From Candidatus Kerfeldbacteria bacterium (GTDB lineage Bacteria; Patescibacteriota; Patescibacteriia; SBBC01), in assembly GCA_043799405.1 (NCBI GenBank), contig JAZDNT010000003.1, positions 399,461 through 463,460 of the forward strand: DNA of 64,000 nucleotides, given 5' to 3'. Within the stretch, counting starts at the first letter, position 1; each line of letters opens with the position of its first letter. The notes beneath the pieces were generated by a model that saw only the letters and a list, made by a program, of their open reading frames with translations, was not told where the DNA came from and ran no database searches. Below, piece after piece: positions 10,256 through 20,088 of the stretch. Both the position numbers and the translations under genes were made by a program.

Positions 10256-10881
10256 TCGTTCCTAATAATCGATGCGTTATATGACAGTATCTGCTTCGGC
10301 ATCACCGATTCCATGACCTTTTCGTACCATTTCCACACCGTTAGAAATCGCGAGGGATATACGTGGGCCTCGAAAAACTTGAACGTAGCCGACGGAAACA
10401 CCTCCCGAATGACCTTCTTAAAATAGCCCTGCGCGAAATGGTTATGCCCGAGCATCTTGACCATGTGAGGATAGAACAGCGGGTTATACCGGTTGCCCTC
10501 GATGATGATGATATGGCCGTCCTTCTTGCACACCCGCTTCAGTTCCCGCAGCGCAGCGATGTGCCGCTCATGCCGTTGTCCCTCTTCGTCGATATGGTGC
10601 AGGATGTCGTGCAGAAACACGTAATCGAACGTCGCGTCCGGAAACGGAAGGTCGTAAATGCCTGCCCGCTTAAAACGCAACTCGTTGATTTTTCTCAGAT
10701 CCGCGTGCTCGTAGATATCGATGCCATCAACGTCGAGCTTGTACTCATTAATGAATATCAGCGCGTCGCTGCCGTCGCCGCAACCGACATCGAGAAGTCG
10801 CTTCCCCGGTTCAAAATGGAAATCGAGCTTATTGAACAGATCGTTCTTGTACTGGCCGTAGTGCATTAAATCTTTAGGCAT
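10252..10881 (-). CDS. Class I SAM-dependent methyltransferase
   Basis: LLDVGCGDGSDAL (motif I) and DYVFLHDILHHI (post-I/II) are seen. Confidence 0.8.
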   Translation of the reverse strand: MPKDLMHYGQYKNDLFNKLDFHFEPGKRLLDVGCGDGSDALIFINEYKLDVDGIDIYEHADLRKINELRFKRAGIYDLPFPDATFDYVFLHDILHHIDEEGQRHERHIAALRELKRVCKKDGHIIIIEGNRYNPLFYPHMVKMLGHNHFAQGYFKKVIREVFPSATFKFFEAHVYPSRFLTVWKWYEKVMESVMPKQILSYNASIIRNE

Positions 10882-10915
10882 ACTGCAATTCCTGTTAATT
10901 GTACCTGTTCTTTTC

Positions 10916-11617
10916 TCAACGTACTTTCTTTCTGAATTTCATCGTCATGAAATGGCTGTGACGCGTGTCGATGTTGCCGAGACGTGACGGCAGCGGGAAA
11001 TAGCCGGCGCCGCGTACCGCCTCGGTAGTAAACCCGAAGGCCTCGAAATACTCCTTCAATCCCCGGATGTTGTAGATCCGAATGTGGTGCCAGGATTCCA
11101 AGATAGACCGATCGTCCCGGTGTAGCGAGAAGGGATTACCAATGGCTCCCTTCTTGCTCGATATGTTCGTGAGCGAGAATATCTGCCACCCCATGATACT
11201 CGCGAAGATGTTGCACCAGCTGCTGGCGTTTTCCGTGCTGATGATCGCGTAGCCGCCCGGTTTCAATATCCGGTGTATCTCGGAGATGAAATTGTCGGTT
11301 TTATGGAGGTGTTCTATCACCTGATTCGCATGGATGACGTCGAAGAAATTGTCCCCGAAATCGAACCGGGCGTTCAGATCGAACTTCTTCATTGCGATCC
11401 CTCTTTCTTCCGCCTTCTGTATGGCCTCATCCACAACTTCAACCCCGTACATCCTGTCGGTATGAATCACCTCTGCGAACTTCTTCGTGAGCTCCCCGTC
11501 GTCACATCCGAGGTCCAGGAAGGTCGCGCCCTCGTTCTGTTCCAGCAACCCGATGATGTTCCGATGGTTCAGTTCAACGGCCTGTGCATACAGTTTTTGC
11601 AGTCGTTCTTTCAGCAT
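10916..11617 (-). CDS. Class I SAM-dependent methyltransferase
   Basis: FLDLGCDDGELT (motif I), FDVIHANQVIEHL and LKPGGYAIIST are seen. Confidence 0.8.
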   Translation of the reverse strand: MLKERLQKLYAQAVELNHRNIIGLLEQNEGATFLDLGCDDGELTKKFAEVIHTDRMYGVEVVDEAIQKAEERGIAMKKFDLNARFDFGDNFFDVIHANQVIEHLHKTDNFISEIHRILKPGGYAIISTENASSWCNIFASIMGWQIFSLTNISSKKGAIGNPFSLHRDDRSILESWHHIRIYNIRGLKEYFEAFGFTTEAVRGAGYFPLPSRLGNIDTRHSHFMTMKFRKKVR

Positions 11618-11620
11618 ACG

Positions 11621-12781
11621 TCAGTCCGTAAATAGTGTAGTAAATAACTTGCCGAATATGATATTCCAATCGAATTCTTTCCCGAATGCTATTGCGTTAT
11701 TCTTATACTGCCCGTAGTTCTCCCAGATATCGACGATTTTTCCGGCAATATCATCGGCATCATATCTGGCGATCAGTCCAGCGTGCTTGTGCACAATGTC
11801 CTTTGCGATGGGGGGCACGTCAGTGATCACAATTGGCAGTCCGCAGCCAAGATATATCTTGATCTTCCCAGGATCGGCGAAGTAGCTGAAATTGTTCCTG
11901 TCTTCCGGGTAGTACGGTGCCAACGCCACGGAACACTGCAGCAGGATCTTCTCGATGTCGCTATCGGCGTCGATCCTGCCGTGCACACGGAAACGGTTCT
12001 CGAGCTTGTTGTCCTTGATCTGTTCCCGCAGCCAGACGACGTCGCCACCTCCCACGACCTCGAAAAGAAAATTGTCGTGTCCCTTGTGTATGAGCTGCTT
12101 CGCGATATCCACGAAAAGCTCCACGCCCTTCATCTTGAGCACGGCGCCGAAATAGACAATCTTGTTCTTGTCGTACCTCCGAAAGTCATCCGCCCGGTAC
12201 GACAGTGAATTGTTGCCGTACGGTGCGACGCAGAACCGTATTCTCGCGTGGTCCAGGTGGTGGTCGTGGATTCTCCCCTTGAGCATGTGTTCATTCAGAG
12301 GTACGACGAAATTGCTGTGGTATAGCGCGAATCTGTCGATCGCATAGTATATCCGATTCATCACGGTGTTCTGATACCTGACGGGCGTATAGTCGATGAC
12401 GTAGTAAGCGACCTGTTTCACTACACCCACCTTCTTCAGCGCAATGCCGACGCATGCGAGCAGGTTGTTCATTCCGAAAAACAGATCGAATCCCTTCGCG
12501 TACTTGATCCCATACCAGAAGCCGAGAATGAGATCCTTGACGTATGATACCGGTTCCGGCCTGTAGAACTTAATGCGTGATTTTTTTTGTGTTGCTTTCG
12601 TGTTATCAAAAAACTTCAATCGAATGGCCCCGTCGCTTGAGCGCCTAAACGGAAATTTGATGTTGACGATTTTTTTACAGCCCTGTTTGAGTAGGTAGCG
12701 TACAATCTCATCATCAGTGCCGGTGGTACCCTCATTGTCATGGGAAAAAATCGCGATCTTCTTGTGTTTCAGGTCAACCAT
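11621..12781 (-). CDS. GT-B (GT4-like) glycosyltransferase
   Basis: Two-domain length. KIAIFSHD N-terminal strand and a C-terminal ...LGCGLPIVITD region. The start is chosen at MVDLKHKK and overlaps the upstream gene by 8 nt. Confidence 0.6.
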   Translation of the reverse strand: MVDLKHKKIAIFSHDNEGTTGTDDEIVRYLLKQGCKKIVNIKFPFRRSSDGAIRLKFFDNTKATQKKSRIKFYRPEPVSYVKDLILGFWYGIKYAKGFDLFFGMNNLLACVGIALKKVGVVKQVAYYVIDYTPVRYQNTVMNRIYYAIDRFALYHSNFVVPLNEHMLKGRIHDHHLDHARIRFCVAPYGNNSLSYRADDFRRYDKNKIVYFGAVLKMKGVELFVDIAKQLIHKGHDNFLFEVVGGGDVVWLREQIKDNKLENRFRVHGRIDADSDIEKILLQCSVALAPYYPEDRNNFSYFADPGKIKIYLGCGLPIVITDVPPIAKDIVHKHAGLIARYDADDIAGKIVDIWENYGQYKNNAIAFGKEFDWNIIFGKLFTTLFTD

Positions 12782-13400
12782 GCGATGCCGGATTAATATC
12801 AATCGCTCCGCCGCTCTTTTTCAGGATAAAGTCGATTTCGGTCGCTCCTCCGAACCAATGGCACCAGAACCGCTCGAAGAACGGCGGGGAGAGCCGGATG
12901 AGGAAATTCATCAGCCGCACGAGCGGCCTCAACAGCATCGGACATTGGTTGAAATGGATGTACTTTTCGTACACGCCGTCATTCGGGTAGAGGCCAAAAT
13001 ACTTGATCTCCTTCTTCAACACCTTGAACTCCACGTTCGTGTAGAAGTGCTGATAGTGACCTTTTTCCAGGCAATCGAAGCTGGACCACCCGAACGGCCT
13101 GACATGGGTGAGGTCGGTAAAAGCGCCAAGCGACGAAAAATGGGGGACCCTGAGATACACCACGCCCTCCGGCTTCAGGATTCTGTACAATTCTTCAATT
13201 TTCTTCATTGGCTCATTCAGGTGCTCCAACACGTGGTACATGTGGATCTCATCGAAAGAGCTGTCGGGGAAAGGATAGGGAACCGTATTTAAGTCATGCA
13301 CGACATCAACAGTGCCCTCAATATGCACCCTATCCAGACCGATGCTGCCAGGGATCCTTGTCTTACCGCAGCCGATGTTGAGAACCTTCTTGTCGTCCAT
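12774..13400 (-). CDS. Class I SAM-dependent methyltransferase
   Basis: VLNIGCGKT (motif I), FDEIHMYHVLEHL and LKPEGVVYLRVP are seen. The start is chosen at MDDKKVLNIGCG. Confidence 0.75.
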   Translation of the reverse strand: MDDKKVLNIGCGKTRIPGSIGLDRVHIEGTVDVVHDLNTVPYPFPDSSFDEIHMYHVLEHLNEPMKKIEELYRILKPEGVVYLRVPHFSSLGAFTDLTHVRPFGWSSFDCLEKGHYQHFYTNVEFKVLKKEIKYFGLYPNDGVYEKYIHFNQCPMLLRPLVRLMNFLIRLSPPFFERFWCHWFGGATEIDFILKKSGGAIDINPASHG

Positions 13401-13417
13401 AGTGTCGTTAAGCCCCT

Positions 13418-14470
13418 CTATCGAGCAGATGCACATAACTCAATGATCTGCCGCGCCCTGTTGTGGTAGGTGTGGTCCCGCTGCACCCGTTGCATACCCT
13501 TGGCGATGATATCAACCCTTTTGTCCGGATTCTTGAGGTAATAATCTATCTTGTCATACCATTCATCGCGATTCTTTGCAATCACGATCTCCTCACCCTC
13601 CTTGAAGTACTTCCGGATGCACGCCACGTCATCCGTGATCTCAAACCCGCCGCATAACGGTATCTTGAAGGTCCTCTCGTTGCAGTCGCCGCCGTATTCC
13701 CGTTGGAAATCCTCATGGATGTTAACGGAGATCGTTGACGACCGGTAGATGTTCCCTTCGTCTTCCAGGCTCAATGGAGGTTTTTTAAATGATTTTACGC
13801 CGGGAATGTTGTAGTACTGACCGATCTTCTGGATGAATCCAGTCGCCTTATCAAACAAGTTCCAATCCTGTCCGTATATCTTGGTGCGGTACCGGACCTT
13901 CAGTGGAAAGAGGTACTTATTAAAAAACTCCTTTTTTTGGGGAAGATTCGTCCCGATATACGATATATCGGACGCGAATTCATCCTTAAAAAAACCATGA
14001 AGAGTGACCGCATCGGCTGCCAGGGGAACCGTATGGTAGGCATATCCTGTTTCCTTCTCGAAACCCTCCATCCTCCTGTCGCCCTGTTCGACGACATGAT
14101 AGAACACGTCGCCGTAGCTTCCGTTCTTGATGAGCGCGACGGTATCCCGGTCGTCCTTCAGGCTTTTCGCCTCGTTGATGCGGTTTCTATGCAGCGGCGA
14201 ATCCCAAAAATCGATCCTCACGCAGACCCGCATGCCCGCATTCCGGTACTTTTTCATCAGTTCGAAATCCAGGAACTTCTTGTGGTAGTAGTGCGTCGCG
14301 GTAAGGAAAATATCCGGCCGGTGCTGGTTTAAGAAATCGGCCAGCGAGTCATTCGCGGTGAACGTATGGAATTCGTGGCCCAGATCGGTGAAGGCGTTCT
14401 TGAAACCGTGGTATATCGCCCGATAGGCGTAGATGGAATCGGGATTGGGATAATGGTACGCGATTTTCAT
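13418..14470 (-). CDS. CgeB-like glycosyltransferase (Glyco_trans_1_2-like C-terminus)
   Basis: 350-aa ORF. The C-terminal NERTFKIPLCGGFEITDD...IVIAKNRDEWYDKIDYYLKNP...RVQRDHTYHNRARQI resembles the CgeB/DUF3880 family. Confidence 0.55.
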   Translation of the reverse strand: MKIAYHYPNPDSIYAYRAIYHGFKNAFTDLGHEFHTFTANDSLADFLNQHRPDIFLTATHYYHKKFLDFELMKKYRNAGMRVCVRIDFWDSPLHRNRINEAKSLKDDRDTVALIKNGSYGDVFYHVVEQGDRRMEGFEKETGYAYHTVPLAADAVTLHGFFKDEFASDISYIGTNLPQKKEFFNKYLFPLKVRYRTKIYGQDWNLFDKATGFIQKIGQYYNIPGVKSFKKPPLSLEDEGNIYRSSTISVNIHEDFQREYGGDCNERTFKIPLCGGFEITDDVACIRKYFKEGEEIVIAKNRDEWYDKIDYYLKNPDKRVDIIAKGMQRVQRDHTYHNRARQIIELCASAR

Positions 14471-14596
14471 TGCCGATGGTTGTTCAACATGCTACCGTGA
14501 CACGATTGCTGACGGGACACTCCATGCGGATTAGCTATCAAAGCCACAACCATATACCCGGCGGTCGCTTGTTACATTAAATAGTTTACAATTCGA

Positions 14597-16207
14597 CTAC
14601 TTTTTATTCCAGACATAGAAATTCAATCGATCAAAAACCGAAAACGGTAATATCTTCTGCATGATATTGATAAGATAGGCATCCCTTCCAACCAAAACCC
14701 GGGGCGGCACAGATGGAGCATCTATTAATTTGTTGATAACCAATGCAACATCTTCTGGGGAGGCCAATGGCAAGAGCCATTTAAGAAGAATGCTTTTCTC
14801 CCTCGCCGCCTTGTGCGCCATTTTTTTCTTGGATTCGATGCGTAATGCGCCGGGAGCAACATTCACAACTTTGGTCCCAGGAGATAATTCGTAACGAAGT
14901 GCTAAACCCAACGCTTCCATCGCGAATTTCGATGCGCTGTATAAACCGAAATTTGGAGAGGACAGAAACCCATTGAGTGATGTGATATTGATGACCAACT
15001 TCGGTTTATCCGGGTGCGAAAAAGCCGCCTTAAGCAGGCGAAATGACCCGATACAATTAGTATCCAAAATGTTTTTAAAATCTTCAACGGTAAATCCAAG
15101 GGTCGGCCCTGAAAGTGTTATACCTGCGTTATTGATAATTACATCAATACGTTTTTCCTTCATCAAAATTTCATGTATCGCATTTTGGCATTCATTTTCT
15201 GAGGTAATATCTAGTTTTAACGGACGCAGAGAGGACGTTTCCTCATACGTCGCGTTTCGCGAAGCGCAATATACGATATGGCCTTCTGAGTTGAGATGTT
15301 GTGCGATGGTCTTTCCCAGTCCCGAACTGCCCCCGGTAATTAAAATCACTTTTTTATCGCTCGTGGTATCATGGGTCGCATTCCTCATAACGTTGAACAA
15401 CCATACTTTAATTCTCGAGGGTATGATATAGATAGAGAGATAGTGTATAAGAGAATATAACCGATTAATCACACCGGCCCTGTAACCATTATTTTCATAC
15501 ATACGTCGAACACGAAGTGTCATTAATTCCATCTGTTTTGTAAGTCTGTTTGTCATTGAGCCCTTCACCACCCTGTATTTCAACAACACATCTGATAAAT
15601 TGGCGAATTTCGATTCTTTCCCCATTCTGAAATATAATTCATAGTCATCTGCGGGCGCGTACGCGGGATTATAGTATCCCACTCTATCGAGAATGGATTT
15701 TCGGTACATCACGAGCGGATGCGAAAAAGGGCTGTATCGAAAAAGTCTTTTCCTGATCTCACCGTCGGATAAATGATATTTTCTTTTTCCGATCACCCTG
15801 CCATTTTCATCCATTATCTCCATGACTCCACCCACAATCCCCACTTCAGGATGTGCCTCCATGAAATGATACTGCTTTTCTAACCTATCCGGATACGACC
15901 AATCATCATTATCGAGCCTGGCAACATATTTCCCTTTCGCCAACGAAAGCCCTTTATTCAGTGTATTGCACCCCCCCAAATTAACCTCATTTTTAAACGC
16001 TCTGATCCGTTCATCTTGTTGGGAATACTTCTGGATTATTTCCCAACTGGCGTCTGACGAACCATCATCAATAATGATGAATTCGAAATCAGAAAAAGTC
16101 TGGTTTAAAATGCTTTCAATAGCAAGGCCGACGTATTTTTCAGCATTATATACCGGAGTTATAACTGATATTTTTGGATGATGGCTTTCAACCATATAGC
16201 TTTTCAT
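14597..16207 (-). CDS. Fusion protein: GT2 glycosyltransferase (N-terminal) plus short-chain dehydrogenase/reductase (C-terminal)
   Basis: The N-terminal part has ISVITPVYNAEKYV...IIIDDGSSDAS...LDNDD, which are GT2 motifs. The C-terminal part has VILITGGSSGLGKTIA (TGxxxGxG) and YSASKFAME (YxxxK), which are SDR motifs. It is a single 536-aa ORF. Confidence 0.8.
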   Translation of the reverse strand: MKSYMVESHHPKISVITPVYNAEKYVGLAIESILNQTFSDFEFIIIDDGSSDASWEIIQKYSQQDERIRAFKNEVNLGGCNTLNKGLSLAKGKYVARLDNDDWSYPDRLEKQYHFMEAHPEVGIVGGVMEIMDENGRVIGKRKYHLSDGEIRKRLFRYSPFSHPLVMYRKSILDRVGYYNPAYAPADDYELYFRMGKESKFANLSDVLLKYRVVKGSMTNRLTKQMELMTLRVRRMYENNGYRAGVINRLYSLIHYLSIYIIPSRIKVWLFNVMRNATHDTTSDKKVILITGGSSGLGKTIAQHLNSEGHIVYCASRNATYEETSSLRPLKLDITSENECQNAIHEILMKEKRIDVIINNAGITLSGPTLGFTVEDFKNILDTNCIGSFRLLKAAFSHPDKPKLVINITSLNGFLSSPNFGLYSASKFAMEALGLALRYELSPGTKVVNVAPGALRIESKKKMAHKAAREKSILLKWLLPLASPEDVALVINKLIDAPSVPPRVLVGRDAYLINIMQKILPFSVFDRLNFYVWNKK

Positions 16208-16314
16208 TCATCAATTGCAACGACCCGACACCCATTTCTCTCAGTACCGTATCCCGACTCCGCAATTTTGTTAGTAATTTTTGTATTACTCCCTCTTTAC
16301 TCACGCTCATCTCC

Positions 16315-16554
16315 TCAAGTTCTAGAAAGTTTCCCACGGAACGTTTCAATCGTTATATTCCTCTGGGTTACCTCGCGTTCGAACTTTTTTATTTTCCCGC
16401 TCTTGGCGGCAATTATATTCTGGTAAAATGGAATAGTATGATGATAGTGATACAAAGCTCCTGTTCCTATTACGCCGCCAACAATAAGTATCATGATTAT
16501 CACGAAAAACTTTATAGTTGGTTTTCTAGAAAATAATTTAGTGAAAAAGTTCAT
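16315..16554 (-). CDS. 79-aa membrane-anchor protein, or truncated paralog of the N-terminus of 17683-19014
   Basis: MNFFTKLFSRKPTIKFFVIIMILIVGGVIGTGALYHYHHTIPFYQNII aligns with FLTKFFSKKLSIKFVVVIVVLLAGAAGVGVLYHYRHTIPFYTTII. Nucleotide similarity continues into the 5' flank (CATTGTGGTAA versus CATGGTGGTAA). Confidence 0.45.
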   Translation of the reverse strand: MNFFTKLFSRKPTIKFFVIIMILIVGGVIGTGALYHYHHTIPFYQNIIAAKSGKIKKFEREVTQRNITIETFRGKLSRT

Positions 16555-16716
16555 TGTGGTAAAGAGATAGAAATAAATATTCAGTACGTTCGCTATATTT
16601 CGTGTTTATTTCGCTACATAATATGACTGTTTTCATAACGCAAAAAAAGATATCGGGTAATTGTATTCAACTATTCTTCTTTTATCGGTTGAAGGCATAA
16701 TCTTGGAAAACCACGG

Positions 16717-17658
16717 CTACTTCCTGATTCTGTGATGGTTCTCTACGAACCATTTGTATGACCGTCGCAACCCCTGTTCCAGGTCTACTTTATGCCTCCA
16801 CCCCAACCCATGCAGTTTCGATACGTCCAGTTGCTTTCTCGGCATTCCGTCCGGTTTGGTGCTGTCCCATCGTATCTCCCCCTTGAAACCGACCACGTCC
16901 TTGATTTTCTCGGCTAGTTCGCGTATGGAGATGTCTTTGCCTGTCCCGATGTTCACTATCTCCGAACCATCATAGTGCTTCATGAGAAAATATACCGCGT
17001 CGGCCAAATCATCGATATACATGAATTCCCTTTTCGCCGAACCGGATCCCCACAACACCACTCCCTTTGCGCCGCTTATTTTCGCGTCATGAAATCTCCT
17101 GATGAGCGCTGGCAGCACATGGCTTGTCTCCAAATTATAGTTGTCGTTCGGACCGTATTGGTTGGTGGGCATGACCGAGACAAAATTGGTCCCGTACTGG
17201 CTGTTGAAGCTCTGGCTCATCATGATCCCGGCGATCTTCGAGATCGCGTACGCATCATTGGTCTCCTCCAACAATCCGGTGAGGAGATACTCTTCCTTTA
17301 TCGGCTGAGGACACATCCTCGGATAAATGCAGGAAGATCCAAGAAACAACAGTTTCTTTACCCCATGTTTCCAGGCGTTGTACAGGACGTTGTTCTGCAC
17401 CTCTAAATTTTCATAAATGAAATCGGCTTTCTGGGTCTTGTTCGCCATGATGCCGCCCACTTTTGCAGCCGCCAAAAACACGTACTCGATGCGTTCGCTC
17501 TTGAAGAACTCCTCTACCGCCTTCTGATCGAGCAAATCCAGCTCGGATCGTGTTTTCAGGACGAGATTCGTATATCCCTCGAATTGCAGTTTTCTTAGTA
17601 TAGCCGAACCAACGAGACCACGGTGACCGGCGACGTATATCTTTGAATCCTTTTTCAT
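16717..17658 (-). CDS. fcl: GDP-L-fucose synthase (GDP-4-keto-6-deoxymannose 3,5-epimerase/4-reductase)
   Basis: [14 protein letters not shown] (Rossmann), YAISKIAG (YxxxK), ...[12 protein letters not shown]..., [11 protein letters not shown] and [12 protein letters not shown] give a strong overall family resemblance. Confidence 0.85.
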   Translation of the reverse strand: MKKDSKIYVAGHRGLVGSAILRKLQFEGYTNLVLKTRSELDLLDQKAVEEFFKSERIEYVFLAAAKVGGIMANKTQKADFIYENLEVQNNVLYNAWKHGVKKLLFLGSSCIYPRMCPQPIKEEYLLTGLLEETNDAYAISKIAGIMMSQSFNSQYGTNFVSVMPTNQYGPNDNYNLETSHVLPALIRRFHDAKISGAKGVVLWGSGSAKREFMYIDDLADAVYFLMKHYDGSEIVNIGTGKDISIRELAEKIKDVVGFKGEIRWDSTKPDGMPRKQLDVSKLHGLGWRHKVDLEQGLRRSYKWFVENHHRIRK

Positions 17659-17682
17659 GATGAAGCGCTTCTTAGGTAAATA

Positions 17683-19014
17683 TTATGGCGTGGGAAAATA
17701 TGTCGGGTTGATCTCGGCAACACCTATCGCGTGGGTATACGTGCTGTTCAGTCCGACGTAATAGAGATAGATCTTGTTCGCGTCGATTACAATGGATGGA
17801 TGGTATACGCCGAATGAATCCCAACTTCCGACAGGACCGGCCTGTAGTATGGGGTTGTCCGCGCTCTTTTTCCAGGTCTTCCCATTCGTCGATGATGCAA
17901 GCCCGATTGCGAACCGCGAGGGAAATTTACGGTCGGTCGCTTCATATGCCATGACGAACCCGTTACCGTACTTCACCACGCTATGCACCTCAATGGTATA
18001 CGCGTCAAAATTATTGGAGTTTTTCGAGTGCATGAGGACCGGGTTCTTCGAATAACGCGTCCATGTAACCCCATTATTGCTCGTTGCCAAACCGATACCC
18101 ATCCTTCCGTCTGCGGCATTGCCACCGTACCACATCATGAATGCATCCTTTCCGCCGTACTCGTCGCCGTTGAAGTAGACCGACGGTTCGAATATCCCTT
18201 CAGATTCCCACGACTTTGCATCCGTCGCGGTAAAGATAGGATTATTTTCATACTTCGACCAATGGATCAAATCCTTTGAGAATGCGACGCCTATCGCACC
18301 GACTTTATTCCAGTAGAAGTCGGGAGAACCTTTCGGACTACCCGAATAGTACATCCAATAGGTGCCGTCGTTCCGCTGGATGATGCAGTTCGGGTAGACC
18401 GACACTACCCCGGAGTCCCATGTCCCTGTCGGACCCGGGGTGAGCACAGGAGCGGACAACTTGGTAAATTTTTTATTGTCCTTACTCCTTGCCAACCCGA
18501 CAGAGGCGCCATCTTTTGTGCCCGCATAATAGAATAGATTAATCGTCCCGTGCGCGTCCTTTACGATACAATTCCCGGCAACATGATTATTGCTATCCCA
18601 TTTTGCGCTATCTGTCGAGGCAGTCAGTATGGGTCCATTCTGATATTTCTGCGCCTTCGGTAAGCCCTTCTTTTGTAGATCTTGTATTTGGGCATCACTC
18701 TTTGCGAGCGACTGCTGTGTTTGTTGAAGCGCTGTGTTCGATGTCGCGACATTGCCGTTGAGCTGCTGGATGGTTTTTTCATCTTCGGCGAGTTTTTTCT
18801 GTAACGCTGCAATTGCGTTATTTTTTTCCGAAATTGTCCGTTTCGATTCCCTAAGCTCCTTATTTTTTGTAGTAATTATGGTTGTATAAAAAGGGATTGT
18901 GTGGCGGTAGTGGTACAAAACGCCGACACCCGCTGCGCCGGCGAGCAGCACAACGATTACCACAACAAACTTTATAGACAGTTTCTTAGAAAAGAATTTT
19001 GTGAGAAAAACCAT
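17683..19014 (-). CDS. Membrane-anchored coiled-coil protein with a five-bladed beta-propeller glycosidase/phosphorylase-like domain (GH43/GH32/GH130 superfamily)
   Basis: N-terminal TM segment, a Q/K-rich coiled coil, then repeated W-containing blades (GTWDSGVV, YWMYYSG, IGVAFSKDLIHW, MMWYGG, IGLATSNNGVTW, IGLASSTNGKTW, GSWDSFGVYHPS). The start is chosen at MVFLTKFF. Confidence 0.6.
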   Translation of the reverse strand: MVFLTKFFSKKLSIKFVVVIVVLLAGAAGVGVLYHYRHTIPFYTTIITTKNKELRESKRTISEKNNAIAALQKKLAEDEKTIQQLNGNVATSNTALQQTQQSLAKSDAQIQDLQKKGLPKAQKYQNGPILTASTDSAKWDSNNHVAGNCIVKDAHGTINLFYYAGTKDGASVGLARSKDNKKFTKLSAPVLTPGPTGTWDSGVVSVYPNCIIQRNDGTYWMYYSGSPKGSPDFYWNKVGAIGVAFSKDLIHWSKYENNPIFTATDAKSWESEGIFEPSVYFNGDEYGGKDAFMMWYGGNAADGRMGIGLATSNNGVTWTRYSKNPVLMHSKNSNNFDAYTIEVHSVVKYGNGFVMAYEATDRKFPSRFAIGLASSTNGKTWKKSADNPILQAGPVGSWDSFGVYHPSIVIDANKIYLYYVGLNSTYTHAIGVAEINPTYFPTP

Positions 19015-19140
19015 GGTGGTAATGTTTACATTCGAATAACATGCATTTTGGGTGTGCAAGGCAATACTGTATGTGCGCTATCAGTATATTCTCCGGGTCT
19101 TGTGTCTTTGCTGCCGTATAAAATAACTGTTTTCATATTG

Positions 19141-20088
19141 CTATCGCTTCTTTCGAACAATGTACATTGGACGATTGATCACCTCGGAATGGATGTTCGC
19201 GATGTAGAGCGCAATCAAACCAAGACAAATAAGGATGATCCCAACAAGGAACACGATGATGATCGCGAGAGTTGCAGAACCGGTAATACTCAATCCCCAG
19301 GCGGTAGGGTAGACATATTTAAAGACGACAACTACCAGACCCAACAACCCGGAAAAAAGGGTGATGATAAGCCCCAAGTACCCGGCGAGACGGAGTGGGA
19401 ATAAGCTTAATGAGACAATGCTGGCGAACGCAAGCCTGAACAGCTTGATTGTGCTATAGCTGGCAGAACCCGATGCGCGTACATTGGCGTCGAAGTACAC
19501 GTATGCGCTCCGGAACCCCATCCAATCAATCAACCCGCGGGTGATACGGTTCTTTTCTGATAATGTATTGAATGTGTCAATGACCTCTCGATCGATGAGT
19601 CGAAAGTCGGTCGTGTACGGAATAAGCTTCACATATCCAATCGCATTAATTATCTTATAAAACCAGAATGACCCGATCCTTTTCACAAAATCCTCGCCCT
19701 TGTTGACTCTTCGGATCCCGACAACCACCTCGGCGCCTTCCTCCCACTTTTTTATAAAGTCCGGTATCTGCTCGGGTGGATGTTGTAAATCAGCATCCAA
19801 CATTATACAAACGTCTCCAATACACTGATTGATCCCCGCGGTCGTCGCGATCTCCTTACCAAAATTCCTTACAAACTCGATCACTTTGACTGTTGGATCA
19901 CTCGCGGAAATACCCTCGAGTATTGCTTGTGAACCATCAGTGCTTGCATCATTCACAAAAAGTACCTCTGTATCATACGCGATCGATGACAATACCTGCT
20001 TGAGTTGTTGGTAAAACGTCGGAATACTTAGTTCTTCGTTGTAGACCGGTACCACAATCGATATTTTTTTTCGATGAGGTGAGTTCAT
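19141..20088 (-). CDS. GT2 polyprenyl-phosphate glycosyltransferase (DPM1/ArnC-like) with C-terminal TM helices
   Basis: ISIVVPVYNEE, FVNDASTDGS and MLDADLQHPP motifs, with two C-terminal TM segments. The start at 20088 gives an ATGA overlap with the flippase stop. The track ORF N-terminal extension is rejected. Confidence 0.8.
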   Translation of the reverse strand: MNSPHRKKISIVVPVYNEELSIPTFYQQLKQVLSSIAYDTEVLFVNDASTDGSQAILEGISASDPTVKVIEFVRNFGKEIATTAGINQCIGDVCIMLDADLQHPPEQIPDFIKKWEEGAEVVVGIRRVNKGEDFVKRIGSFWFYKIINAIGYVKLIPYTTDFRLIDREVIDTFNTLSEKNRITRGLIDWMGFRSAYVYFDANVRASGSASYSTIKLFRLAFASIVSLSLFPLRLAGYLGLIITLFSGLLGLVVVVFKYVYPTAWGLSITGSATLAIIIVFLVGIILICLGLIALYIANIHSEVINRPMYIVRKKR

